NCBI GenBank assembly: GCA_965237525.1
Contig: CBDEFO010000008.1
Location: 928,001-992,000, forward strand
Reading direction: 5' to 3'
DNA length: 64,000 nt
From: Candidatus Latescibacterota bacterium
GTDB lineage: Bacteria > Latescibacterota > CBDEFO01
This document shows, piece by piece, positions 1 through 11,591 of the stretch. Both the position numbers and the translations under genes were made by a program. Position 1 is the stretch's first letter, and every line of letters begins with the position of its first letter. A model generated the notes under the pieces. The model was not told where the DNA came from. It saw nothing but the letters and a program-made list of their open reading frames with translations, and made no database searches.

Positions 1-2
1 AC

Positions 3-362
3 TCGCCGTATGCCGATTTAGAACAAATGATTAAGCAGGTCTATGGGATATTAGGTCCGTTGAAATTTCCTTTTGTACAGACAACAAACATTCTTGCTAA
101 AATTTTTTTGAGAATGGATCCAAGGAAGGTATCTCCAGCATTTTCTGTTAAAGATACAAATATTCCGATATTGATCATTCATGGGGAAAAGGACAGTCAG
201 ATCCCCCTAGAAAATGCATATGTTCTCAAAGCAAGCAACCCTGATATAGAACTCTGGATAGTAAAAGACAGCGATCATGGTCAAGCCTTTGCACTTTTCA
301 AAGATGAATACGAGCACCGCATTAAGTCATTTTTAAAGAGACATATGCAAGGTACAGGGTAA
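3..362 (+). CDS. alpha/beta hydrolase, C-terminal part (5' end outside window)
   Basis: Open frame from window edge (SPYADL...); PILIIHGEKDSQIP and DSDHG acid/His motifs typical of alpha/beta hydrolases. Confidence 0.75.
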   Translation, partial: SPYADLEQMIKQVYGILGPLKFPFVQTTNILAKIFLRMDPRKVSPAFSVKDTNIPILIIHGEKDSQIPLENAYVLKASNPDIELWIVKDSDHGQAFALFKDEYEHRIKSFLKRHMQGTG

Positions 363-390
363 CCAAAGCCTCTCGAAAACGCACGGATTT

Positions 391-1128
391 TTGCTTATGG
401 ACAAAAAAGCCGTTTGTGTGCTTTTCTTGCTCTGCTTTTCAAACCTCTGCTTTTCTGACACTTTGTATATGTCAAAGCTGAGTCCGGAAAGAGTAGGGCA
501 TTTTCCCTCTGCGGAAACAAGACTCTCAAAACTTGCAGAAGATACGAAGGGCCTGAGGAAATGGGGAGATGCTACAGCTATTTTGGGAGTAGCTACCATA
601 TTCTCAGGGTATTACATCTTATCTCGGCAGGACATGGACATCGACGAAAGAAACGCCGGTATTCTGGTGTCCACCTACGGTCTCTCTCTCTTTCTCAAGG
701 GAGCACATTTGCAGAACCGGGTGATACGCACAAGAGCTAAACATCATGTCGTAATGTCAGCCGACGAGCAAAAGAGGGAATATATTGCATCTGAAGTTTT
801 GGGTGAGTTAGCAGATAAAGAGAGAAAGTGGAGGGTAGCTCATGGAATTACAGACGCAACGATAGCTGCTCTATTTCTAATTTTCAGGCCGCTTAGAGAA
901 GAAGAGATCTGGCCTCCTTGGAGCGATGCAGTTATTGTACTTAAACATCCCACCTTTGAGAATTACTTAACAGTCACAAGCTTCCTGGGGCTTGCGGCCC
1001 GTTCCTTTCTTTTCAAAAGCAAAGAGGAGAAAGCCTTTGCTGGCTATTTACAAGACAAGGAGTTGGGAAGGGTCTCCCTCCACCTAGCACAGACCAACAA
1101 CTTAATGACACTGGTTTGCAGATTCTAA
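391..1128 (+). CDS. hypothetical membrane protein with signal peptide
   Basis: 245-aa ORF, hydrophobic N-terminus, several TM-like segments; no family recognised. Confidence 0.6.
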   Translation: MLMDKKAVCVLFLLCFSNLCFSDTLYMSKLSPERVGHFPSAETRLSKLAEDTKGLRKWGDATAILGVATIFSGYYILSRQDMDIDERNAGILVSTYGLSLFLKGAHLQNRVIRTRAKHHVVMSADEQKREYIASEVLGELADKERKWRVAHGITDATIAALFLIFRPLREEEIWPPWSDAVIVLKHPTFENYLTVTSFLGLAARSFLFKSKEEKAFAGYLQDKELGRVSLHLAQTNNLMTLVCRF

Positions 1129-1143
1129 AATCGGAGGACTACG

Positions 1144-1914
1144 ATGGAGTTTGACGGAAAAGTCGCAGTCGTAACGGGCGCAGCGACAGGGATAGGTAGA
1201 GCCACGGCCATCGCCTTCGCGACAGAGGGCGCTTCTGTGGCAGTCGTGGATGTGAACGATGAAAAGGGAGTCCAGACCGCAGGTGATATAAAAGAAAAGC
1301 ACGGGAACGCCATCTTCGTCCATGCCGATGTGTCCTTATCTTCCGACGCCGAGAAGGTGGTATCCCAGGTCGTGCAGGAACTCGGAGGCATAGACATCCT
1401 TCACAACAACGCAGGCATACAGCACTACGGCTCTGTTACGACCACAACAGAAGAGGACTGGGACAAGGTGTTGGATATAAATCTCAAGAGCGTATATCTT
1501 TGCTCCAAATACTCCATCCCACAAATGCTGAAACGCGGTGGCGGAGCCATAGTCAACACCGCATCGGTTCAGGGACTCGCAACGCAAAAAGATGTCGCTC
1601 CCTATGCGGCGTCAAAAGGAGGCATGATCGCACTTACTCGCAATATGGCGCTCGACTACGCCGAACACAAGATAAGGGTCAACTGCATCTGCCCCGGCGC
1701 GATAGACACCCCTATGCTCAAATACGCGGCTGATACCCTCACAGACGACTCCGAAGCTGCAATCAAAGAGTGGGGTTTTTTCCACGCGTTAGATAGAGTT
1801 GGAAGGCCAGAGGAGGTCGCGGAGGTGGTCCTATTCTTAGCAAGCGAAAAGGCCTCCTTCGTCACCGGAGCCGCATACCTGGTGGACGGAGGACTGCTTG
1901 CCTCCTTTGCATAG
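1144..1914 (+). CDS. SDR family NAD(P)-dependent oxidoreductase
   Basis: TGAATGIG, NNAG, YAASK motifs; GGAGG RBS. Confidence 0.95.
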   Translation: MEFDGKVAVVTGAATGIGRATAIAFATEGASVAVVDVNDEKGVQTAGDIKEKHGNAIFVHADVSLSSDAEKVVSQVVQELGGIDILHNNAGIQHYGSVTTTTEEDWDKVLDINLKSVYLCSKYSIPQMLKRGGGAIVNTASVQGLATQKDVAPYAASKGGMIALTRNMALDYAEHKIRVNCICPGAIDTPMLKYAADTLTDDSEAAIKEWGFFHALDRVGRPEEVAEVVLFLASEKASFVTGAAYLVDGGLLASFA

Positions 1915-1917
1915 AAT

Positions 1918-2045
1918 ATAGGGGCAGACCTGTCTGCCTGCCCTGAATATTTGGGCGGACACATTGGTTCTCTCCTACGAAACATGGCATAAACGAGCGT
2001 GTCAGACAGCACTGTCTGACCCACCACACATGGTTCGCCCCTGCT
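1918..2045. repeat. degenerate GTAG-type REP doublet
   Basis: (A)TAGGGGCAGACCTGTCTGCCTGCCC ... GGGCGGACACATTGGTTCTCTCCTAC, plus a further half CACACATGGTTCGCCCCTGC. Confidence 0.6.
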
Positions 2046-2051
2046 ATCTAA

Positions 2052-4094
<2,043 letters not shown>

Positions 4095-4436
4095 ATTACA
4101 TCGTGGATCTTAGCATCACATGATAAGGAGAATAAAATAATAGCGATAAAAAATGCAAAAAAGAAAGTCTAGCGAAATGCTGCAAAGTTTCGTTATTTCC
4201 GTTGCCAGTCGTTTTATAGCTTTATAGAGGTAGCGATCTGATAATTATGCACAACATCAAGGGAGGCATTAGAGAGACAAAAGAACGACAGGAACAATTG
4301 GACATGAGCTGCTGCAATGACCGACTTTTCTACGGTAGAGTTCAACCATCCTACAGATAAACTCCTCCACTGACCGGGCAATTTCACCCTCTCCAAAGAG
4401 GGATATTTAGACCCAATGTAAATTTCTTTAAATACG

Positions 4437-4481
4437 TAGATAAGAAGAGAGCCCCATCAGTTGGGGCTCTCTTCTTATCTA
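4437..4481. terminator. perfect 20-bp-stem hairpin just downstream of moeB; probable terminator
   Basis: TAGATAAGAAGAGAGCCCCA-TCAGT-TGGGGCTCTCTTCTTATCTA between convergent ligA and moeB. Confidence 0.65.
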
Positions 4482-4493
4482 ACAGGAGCTATA

Positions 4494-5639
4494 TTAATAC
4501 CGCGGCACGTTCGTATCGATCTGCGTAGACCATTGATCTATGCCGCCTTCCAGGTTCTTCAGGTTCCTGAAGCCCTGTCCCTTCAATATCTCTATCGCCT
4601 GGGCGCTTCTGACTCCCATCTTGCAGTGGACCACTACATCCCTGTCCTTATAATCGCTAATTTCAGAAGACCGTTGCGCCACTTCGTTTAGTGGGATAAG
4701 CCTCGAACCGTCTATGCGGGCGATTTCATACTCGTTCGGCTCTCTGACGTCCAGCAATAGAAAATGTTCCCCATCGTCCATCTTCATCTTGAGCTCAGCC
4801 GCCGTTATCTCCTCTAAATAGTCCCTTTCTCCTTCAGGCTGAATGCCGCAGAACTCCTGATAATCTATGAGTTCGGTGAGGGTCGGATTATCTCCGCACA
4901 CAGGGCACTGGGGGTTCCTTTCGAGTCTTACTTCCCGGAACTCCATCTCTAAGGAGTCGAAGATCAACAATCTCCCTGAAAGTGTGTTCCCCTTGCCCAA
5001 GATAATCTTCACCGCCTCCATCGCCTGAATCAGCCCGACTATTCCCGGAAGGACGCCTATCACTCCACCTTCGGCACACGAAGGCACCATCCCCGGAGGA
5101 GGAGGCTCAGGAAAGAGGCACCTGTAGCACGGACCGCCCTCATAATGAAAGACCGTAGATTGCCCTTCGAAGCGAAATATGCTCCCGTAGATGTTGGGCT
5201 TATCCAGTAACACACACGCATCGTTTGTTAAGTACCTGGTCGGGAAGTTGTCCGTCCCGTCAATCACAATGTCATAGTCCTTTATAATGTCAAGGGCGTT
5301 ATCAGAGGAGAACACAACATTATGCTTTATCACCTCGACGTCGGGATTGATCGAATTTATCGTCTCCTGTGCCGAATCCAACTTCGGCCTTCCTACGTCT
5401 TCCGTTCCGTGGATCACCTGTCTTTGGAGGTTTGAAAGTTCCACCTCATCGAAATCGACAAGTCCTAAAGTCCCGACACCCACGGCGGCAAGGTACATCC
5501 CAAGGGGGGATCCCAATCCACCCGCCCCTATTAGCAGTATCCTGGACTCTAAAAGCTTTGTCTGCCCTTTGAGCCCAACCTCTGGGAGGATCAGATGCCT
5601 TCCATATCGCTGATATTGATCTTTATTCAACGTTAGCAT
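4494..5639 (-). CDS. moeB: MoeB/MoeZ-type adenylyltransferase with C-terminal rhodanese domain
   Basis: RYGRHL, GAGGLG, SNLQRQ, two CxxC motifs, rhodanese HCKMGVRS. Confidence 0.93.
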   Translation of the reverse strand: MLTLNKDQYQRYGRHLILPEVGLKGQTKLLESRILLIGAGGLGSPLGMYLAAVGVGTLGLVDFDEVELSNLQRQVIHGTEDVGRPKLDSAQETINSINPDVEVIKHNVVFSSDNALDIIKDYDIVIDGTDNFPTRYLTNDACVLLDKPNIYGSIFRFEGQSTVFHYEGGPCYRCLFPEPPPPGMVPSCAEGGVIGVLPGIVGLIQAMEAVKIILGKGNTLSGRLLIFDSLEMEFREVRLERNPQCPVCGDNPTLTELIDYQEFCGIQPEGERDYLEEITAAELKMKMDDGEHFLLLDVREPNEYEIARIDGSRLIPLNEVAQRSSEISDYKDRDVVVHCKMGVRSAQAIEILKGQGFRNLKNLEGGIDQWSTQIDTNVPRY

Positions 5640-5707
5640 GACTGCTCCTTTTATCTTAATCTCCTACTATCTGTTATCTAATCAACCGCGTTTTATATTT
5701 AAGTATT

Positions 5708-5779
5708 TGCCCCTACGGAGAATCGAACTCCGGCTGCCAGATCGAAAATCTGGTGTCCTAGCCACTAGACGACAGGGGC
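5708..5779 (-). tRNA. tRNA-Glu(TTC), CCA not encoded
   Basis: Reverse complement GCCCCTGTCGTCTAGTGGCTAGGAC-A-CCAGA-TTTTCGA-TCTGG...GTTCGATTC...AGGGGCA folds as a cloverleaf. Confidence 0.93.
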
Positions 5780-6066
5780 ACTTTACCCATTATATGAAAT
5801 ATAAGAACCTTTTGTTTTCTCGTCAACAAGAAATGTATTTAGGACATACTTTGTGTTGAGTCCCGGGAATAAATGTTCTGAAACACACTAAAATCAGGGC
5901 TAATTATGAAAAGTCGTTGACATTCGCATCTATCTTTTGTATGTTTATCAGCGGTAAAATCAGTAAGCCTTCCCACATCACTGCATAAATATACCTTTAT
6001 TGGGCGTACCAGAACTTCCATTTAAATAGAAAACCCCTTAAACCTTTTAAGTTCAAGGGGCTATGT

Positions 6067-6143
<77 letters not shown>

Positions 6144-6296
6144 TCGCCTTACTCTAAAATCACCTGGTTCTAATATAACAAAACTCGTGTAATTTAGCAA
6201 GCTTTTTTCATAGGAAAACCGCCGCAAGAACTATAATTTGAATCATAAGGTGAAGATTCTCTGGTAGCAAAAGTTAAATCCCAATCTAATGGAAAT

Positions 6297-7058
6297 GTGA
6301 TATCGTCCCCCCGAAAGGTGCGTAAACCTAAAAGCGACTTTGGGGGAAAGGTGCTTCTTTTTATCCTTGTGTCGGTATTAACGCTCTTTGCAGGCGTGGT
6401 GCTTACGGATTGGATGATTATGCCTTTCCTCGTCCTCCGTGGCGAACTTGTAGAAGTCCCTGATATCGTGGAACTTACAACAAGTGATGCCAGGAAACTC
6501 ATATCGCAGCACGGATTGTCGCTCATAATGGACGATCAGAAACCGAGCCTTGATGTTCCCAAAGGCTGTATCATATCTCAGATGCCAAAGGCGTTTTCCA
6601 CCGTCAAAAAGGGAAGGGGAGTATATGTAGTCGTAAGTCAGGGAGCTATAGAATACAAGATGCCTTACGTTGTGGGATCGTCTCTTCGGTCAGCTCAGAT
6701 AATGACAAGAAAATCAGGATTAGAAGTGGGAAGCGTAGTCTATGAACCTTCGTACAGTGTCAAAAAGGGCATAGTGATATCTCAAGATCCTGTTGCTCAT
6801 AGTCTCGTGTCAAAAGATAGGCCGGTTAATCTTATAGTCAGCAGCGGCCTTCCGGATGCGAGAAAGAAGATGCCTGACCTGATGGAAAAGGATGTTAAGA
6901 CGGCTATTGCCATTCTGAAGGCAGAAGGAATAACATGGGAGCTTTTTTACGAATCGAGTGACAAATTTCTGCCCAATACGGTTATCGGGCAGTCTCCCAA
7001 GGCAGGCTCGGCCATAGAGGAAAGGCAAAAAGTTAAACTTATCATCAGCACATTGTAA
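6297..7058 (+). CDS. membrane-anchored PASTA domain protein (3 PASTA repeats)
   Basis: N-terminal TM, then repeats beginning VPDIV/MPYVV/MPDLM with IISQxP motifs. Confidence 0.9.
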   Translation: MISSPRKVRKPKSDFGGKVLLFILVSVLTLFAGVVLTDWMIMPFLVLRGELVEVPDIVELTTSDARKLISQHGLSLIMDDQKPSLDVPKGCIISQMPKAFSTVKKGRGVYVVVSQGAIEYKMPYVVGSSLRSAQIMTRKSGLEVGSVVYEPSYSVKKGIVISQDPVAHSLVSKDRPVNLIVSSGLPDARKKMPDLMEKDVKTAIAILKAEGITWELFYESSDKFLPNTVIGQSPKAGSAIEERQKVKLIISTL

Positions 7059-7165
7059 TTCATAAGAATAAGTGTAAGTAACTATATATCAATATATTAC
7101 ATCAATAAATAATCCTTAAACGCAACATACGAGTAATTTTTTTGCAGCATAAATCCTGTTTTTTA

Positions 7166-7194
7166 TTGACAAATAGTCCATAAATTTATATATT
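7166..7194 (+). promoter_or_regulatory. sigma70-type promoter of hup
   Basis: TTGACA-17 nt-TATATT. Confidence 0.65.
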
Positions 7195-7268
7195 CTGATC
7201 ACTTCAGAAAACAATTACACTTACCAATGGTGGTGAGTCTAAAATAACACATTGAGGAGGTGAAAGAT

Positions 7269-7544
7269 ATGGCGAACAAGGGCGATGTGGTAGATGCTGT
7301 TGCGAGGGAAGCGGGAATTTCAAAAAAAGGAGCTGGGGCGGCGGTTAATGCCGTTATCAACACTATTACTGATGCCTTAAAGGCAGGGGATAAGGTAACT
7401 CTCCCGGGGTTCGGAACGTTTTCAGTGACCCGAAGGGCCGCCAGGAGTGGAAGGGACCCCAGAACAGGAAACGCAATCCAGATTTCTGCCAGGACGCAGC
7501 CTAGGTTTAAGCCAGGAAAGGGACTAAGGGACGCTATAAATTAA
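7269..7544 (+). CDS. hup: DNA-binding protein HU
   Basis: GFGTFSV...RAARSGRDPRTG...PRFKPGK signature; GAGGAGGTG RBS. Confidence 0.95.
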   Translation: MANKGDVVDAVAREAGISKKGAGAAVNAVINTITDALKAGDKVTLPGFGTFSVTRRAARSGRDPRTGNAIQISARTQPRFKPGKGLRDAIN

Positions 7545-7569
7545 TCTACCGGTTGCCGATTAAGTCAGG

Positions 7570-7605
7570 AGACCCCAGGATACAAAATTCTGGGGTCTTT
7601 CTTTT
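7570..7605 (+). terminator. intrinsic terminator after hup
   Basis: AGACCCCAGGA...TTCTGGGGTCT followed by T-rich tail. Confidence 0.75.
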
Positions 7606-7609
7606 GAAA

Positions 7610-7764
7610 CTAAGTTGTGTTGTATACAAGGGCCCTCTTAACATCTCCAATGGCTTTTGTGACGTCTATTTCTCTGGGACATGCTTCCACGCAGTTGAAG
7701 ATGGTTCGACCTCGCCACACCCCCTGGCGCGGACGATCACAGCATCGTACTTGTGATAGGACAC
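7610..7764 (-). pseudogene. fused remnant: SdhA-like N-terminus joined to SdhB C-terminus
   Basis: Minus strand reads (V)SYHKYDAVIVRARG, then in another frame GVWRGRTIFNCVEACPREIDVTKAIGDVKRALVYNTT*. Confidence 0.75.
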
Positions 7765-7832
7765 GTCAATAAGATCTACCCATGATTCGCTTCTTCAGTA
7801 GGGACGGTCAAGCTTCTAATCCAAGAAAGTCT

Positions 7833-9284
7833 CTATGCCTTCAGACTCCCAATCAGTGTCTTTGAATCCTCTATAATCCTTTCGGCTTCCTGCTGGATCA
7901 ATCCATCGTATTTTACAGCGACGTCCTCTCCTTCCATTTCCGCAAGTGTCTCTTTTATCGATCTGCTGCTTCGACGGGCCATCAGTGTAATATCTCCGGC
8001 CTTTTTATACCCGATAATGGGATTTAGTATAGTCGCAGCCGCGCCGCTCGCCTCAAAGTTGCGCCTGCAGTTGTCCCTGAAAGCTTGGATTCCATCCAGA
8101 CAGTTTACGCGGAACGTGACGAGGGCGTTGGACAGAATCTCCAGGGACTCCAAGAGGTTGAAGTTGATATTGGGCATAAGGATGTTAAGGTCCAGTTGAC
8201 CCTGACGGGAGTTCCAGGCGACAGCGGTGTCGTTGCCTATCACCTGGTTCGCCACCATCTTTAGAGCTTCCGCCATCGAAGGATTGATCTTCCCCGGCAT
8301 GATGGAGGATCCCGGCGCCACCTCAGGGACAGTGATCTCAGCTAGGCCTATGCTGGGGCCAGAGTTCAACAAGATGATGTCGCTGGCTATCTTGCCGAGT
8401 TCTATGGCGAGATTCCTGAGAGCGCCGGAGACAGCAGAAAAGGGCAGCATGCTCTGCATGGCGGCAAAGAGGTTGGGATGGCTCTTCACGTCAAAGCCTG
8501 TGATCTTGCTCAGATGCCCTACGACCTTTTCTCTATATCCGGGCGCGGTGTTGATACCTGTGCCCGCCGCCGTGCCTCCAATGCCGAGCTTCTTCAAGGA
8601 CTCGGACTGAGCCTGCAACTGCTCCTTCGCCTCACGAACGAGGGAGGCGTATCCGCTAAACTCGTTTCCGAGAGTCGTCCCCACAGCATCCATCATGTGC
8701 GTCCTTGCGGATTTGATAACATCGGCGAACTCCGAAGCCTTATTAATGAAGGATGCTTCTAAATCGTCCAACGCAGGCAGTAGCTTTCCGTATATGAGCT
8801 TCAAAGCAGCGATCCTGATGGACGTGGGTATCACATCGTTAGTAGATTGACCCATATTGACGTGGTCGTTAGGGCTTACCATCTTCTTCTCATCCTCGAT
8901 GCTCCCACCCAGCTTGATATGGGCAAGGTTGGCGAGGACTTCGTTCATGTTCATATGAATAGATGTCCCAGCCCCCATCTGAGCCAGGGCGTCAACCGGA
9001 AACTGGTCGCTGTACTTGCCGTCTATGAACTCATCGGCAGATTCCACGATAGCGTTGCCGATCTTCTCATCTAAAGCCCCGCAGCCCATATTAGCCAGTG
9101 CCGCCGCCATCTTCACTTCGGCTAAAGCTTCGATGAACTCCGGACGCTGTTTTAAGCCCGATATCGGAAAGAGGCGAATCGCCCGCTGAGTCGTCGTGCC
9201 CCACAGAGCGTCCACCGGCTCGATCCAGACTTCTCCCAAGCTATCGCTTTCCAATCTTCCATTTTGTTCTTCTTCGCTGGACAT
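7833..9284 (-). CDS. class II fumarate hydratase / aspartate ammonia-lyase family protein
   Basis: GSSIMPGKINP signature, GAGTSIHMNMNEV, QSTND, RTHMMDA; fumC versus aspA not resolvable by eye. Confidence 0.9.
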   Translation of the reverse strand: MSSEEEQNGRLESDSLGEVWIEPVDALWGTTTQRAIRLFPISGLKQRPEFIEALAEVKMAAALANMGCGALDEKIGNAIVESADEFIDGKYSDQFPVDALAQMGAGTSIHMNMNEVLANLAHIKLGGSIEDEKKMVSPNDHVNMGQSTNDVIPTSIRIAALKLIYGKLLPALDDLEASFINKASEFADVIKSARTHMMDAVGTTLGNEFSGYASLVREAKEQLQAQSESLKKLGIGGTAAGTGINTAPGYREKVVGHLSKITGFDVKSHPNLFAAMQSMLPFSAVSGALRNLAIELGKIASDIILLNSGPSIGLAEITVPEVAPGSSIMPGKINPSMAEALKMVANQVIGNDTAVAWNSRQGQLDLNILMPNINFNLLESLEILSNALVTFRVNCLDGIQAFRDNCRRNFEASGAAATILNPIIGYKKAGDITLMARRSSRSIKETLAEMEGEDVAVKYDGLIQQEAERIIEDSKTLIGSLKA

Positions 9285-9413
9285 TTTCACAGTCTCCTCG
9301 TTTTTAAGGGATTTGCACAGAATGGCATGGAGTTTCCGCCAAAAGCTCTCTGATACTTTTAGGGGGCCTCATTCGCGATGACTGAAGGCCTGAGCAAACA
9401 ACGTTATTGCCAG

Positions 9414-9448
9414 TCCCCGATTGAGTCCCCGAATGAATCTATCGGGGA
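9414..9448. repeat. ~23-bp hairpin micro-element (partially duplicated copy)
   Basis: TCCCCGATTGAG-TCCCCGAATGAATCTATCGGGGA. Confidence 0.75.
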
Positions 9449-9469
9449 TCGCGGATAACGTCTGTAGAA

Positions 9470-11551
9470 CTATCCTGTCTTGCCGAAGTTATCCAGAAAG
9501 ATCACAAAGTCGGACAGACCGATCTCTCCATTATTATCCAAATCAAATACAGAATTAGCTGGATCGGTCGTTGCCCCAAACACATCCAAAAAACGGACAA
9601 AATCGGAAAGACCTACTTCAGTGTCCCCGTCGAAATCTCCTACAAGAATGCCCTCCACCTTACGCATCCGGTGATTGCCCGCATCCACAATATAGATATT
9701 GCCCAAACCATCCACGAATACGTCATAAGGCCTATTCAAACTCGCACTGGTGGCTGGACCACCATCTCCAGAAAATCCACCACTACTCCCATTTCCCGCC
9801 ACGGTGGAGATGATGCCAGATGTATCGACCTTGCGTATAAGGTGATTGAACCAATCCACTATATAGATAACGCCCGATCCATCCACGGATACGCCAAGAG
9901 GATTAAACAAGCTCCCACTGGTAGCTGGACCACCATCACCGGAAAATCCAAGCTCGCCATTTCCCGCTACGGTGGAGATGATGCCCGCCGCATCCACCTT
10001 ACGTATCCGGTGATTGTTCGTATCCGCGATATAGATAACCCCCGATCCATCCACGGATACGCCAAGAGGATTAAACAAGCTCGCATCGGTAGCTGGACCA
10101 CCATCACCGGAAAATCCAAACGTGCCATTTCCCGCCACGGTGGAGATGATGCCCGATGTGTCCACCTTACGTATCCGGCCATTGTTCATATCCGCAATAT
10201 AGATATTGCCCGATCCATCCACGGATACGCCAAGAGGATTAAACAAGCTCGCATCGGTAGCTGGGCCACCATCACCGGAAAATCCAAACGTGCCATTTCC
10301 CGCCACGGTGGAGATGATGCCCGATGTGTCCACCTTACGTATCCGGCCATTGTTCATATCCGCAATATAGATATTGCCCGATCCATCCACGAATACGCCA
10401 CGAGGAGTAAACAATTTCGCATCGGTAGCTGGACCGCCATCACCGGAAAATCCAACAAGGCCATCTAACGGCACGGTGGAGATGATGCCCGATGTGTCCA
10501 CCTTACGTATCCGGTAATTGCCCGCGTCCACAATATAGATATTGCCCAAACCATCCACGAATACGCTCTGAGGAGAACTCAAACTCGCGCTGGTGGCTGG
10601 GCCTCCATCGCCAGAAAAACCACGGGTGCCATTTCCTGCCACGGTGGAGATGATGCCCGACGTATCTACCTTACGTATCCGGTGACTGTCTTCCTCCGCA
10701 ATATAGATATTGCTTAATCCATCCACGAATACGCCCACAGGCTCACTCACGCTCGCACTGGTGGCTGGGCCTCCATCGCCAGAAAAACCATACGTGCCAT
10801 CTCCCGCCACAGTGGAGATGATGCCAGACGTATCCACCTTACGTATACGGCGATTGCCCCCCTCCGCAATATAGATATTGCCCGAGCCATCCACGAATAC
10901 GTCATAAGGGAGCCACACGCTCGCACTTGTGGCTGGACCACCATCGCCACCGGTTCCGCCTCCCGCCACAGTGGAGATGATGCCAGACGTATCCACCTTA
11001 CGTATACGGCGATTGCCCCCCTCCGCAATATAGATATTGCCCGAGCCATCCACGAATACGTCATAAGGGAGCCACACGCTCGCACTTGTGGCTGGACCAC
11101 CATCGCCACCGGTTCCGCCTCCCGCCACAGTGGAGATGATGCCAGACGTATCCACCTTACGTATACGGCGATTGCCCCCCTCCGCAATATAGATATTGCC
11201 CGAGCCATCCACGAATACGTCATAAGGGAGCCACACGCTCGCACTTGTGGCTGGACCACCATCGCCACCGGTTCCGCCTCCCGCCACAGTGGAGATGATA
11301 CCTGATGTATCCTGCTTACGTATCGAGTGATTGGATTCCTCCGCAATATAGATATTGCCCGATCCATCCACAAATACGTCATAAGGAGAAAAGAACCTCG
11401 CACTGACAGCAGGGTCACCATCGCCGACGCCTCCTCCCGCCACCGTAGAAATATCGCCCGGCGCAGCAACGGCTGAAAGGACGAATCCAAACGTCCCAAA
11501 GCATAGAACCAACGCGCTTATTAGAATCTTTTTGAAGTGATTCTTTTTCAT
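9470..11551 (-). CDS. secreted NHL-repeat protein with C-terminal dockerin-like duplicated Ca-binding module
   Basis: Signal peptide MKKNHF...AVA after GGAGG RBS; about 11 repeats of PxxVxVDGxGNIYIAxxxNxRIRKVD; DFDGDTEVGLSDF and DLDNNGEIGLSDF at C-terminus. Confidence 0.9.
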   Translation of the reverse strand: MKKNHFKKILISALVLCFGTFGFVLSAVAAPGDISTVAGGGVGDGDPAVSARFFSPYDVFVDGSGNIYIAEESNHSIRKQDTSGIISTVAGGGTGGDGGPATSASVWLPYDVFVDGSGNIYIAEGGNRRIRKVDTSGIISTVAGGGTGGDGGPATSASVWLPYDVFVDGSGNIYIAEGGNRRIRKVDTSGIISTVAGGGTGGDGGPATSASVWLPYDVFVDGSGNIYIAEGGNRRIRKVDTSGIISTVAGDGTYGFSGDGGPATSASVSEPVGVFVDGLSNIYIAEEDSHRIRKVDTSGIISTVAGNGTRGFSGDGGPATSASLSSPQSVFVDGLGNIYIVDAGNYRIRKVDTSGIISTVPLDGLVGFSGDGGPATDAKLFTPRGVFVDGSGNIYIADMNNGRIRKVDTSGIISTVAGNGTFGFSGDGGPATDASLFNPLGVSVDGSGNIYIADMNNGRIRKVDTSGIISTVAGNGTFGFSGDGGPATDASLFNPLGVSVDGSGVIYIADTNNHRIRKVDAAGIISTVAGNGELGFSGDGGPATSGSLFNPLGVSVDGSGVIYIVDWFNHLIRKVDTSGIISTVAGNGSSGGFSGDGGPATSASLNRPYDVFVDGLGNIYIVDAGNHRMRKVEGILVGDFDGDTEVGLSDFVRFLDVFGATTDPANSVFDLDNNGEIGLSDFVIFLDNFGKTG
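10801..11299. repeat. 159-bp intragenic tandem repeat, three identical units
   Basis: CTCCCGCCACAGTGGAGATG recurs at 10801, 10960, 11119, 11278. Confidence 0.9.
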
Positions 11552-11591
11552 AGTCAATACCTCCTTTTTCCCCAAAAAGTTCTCCGAATTC

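Noticed and set aside
4100..4430. 60-aa ORF 4214..4396 (-)
   Set aside because: No RBS, motif or recognisable similarity
9322..9365. GGCATGGAGTTTCCGCC resembling a fluoride riboswitch
   Set aside because: Poor match to the 3' pseudoknot segment and wrong strand for the adjacent genes
9850..11300. Regular repeats resembling a CRISPR array or DGR template/variable pair
   Set aside because: Units are 159/168-bp in-frame coding repeats without unique spacers; no cas or reverse transcriptase gene seen; no adenine-specific variation noticed
9671..11499. Long alternative ORFs 9671..10468 (+) and 10747..11499 (-)
   Set aside because: Shadow frames of the repetitive NHL gene
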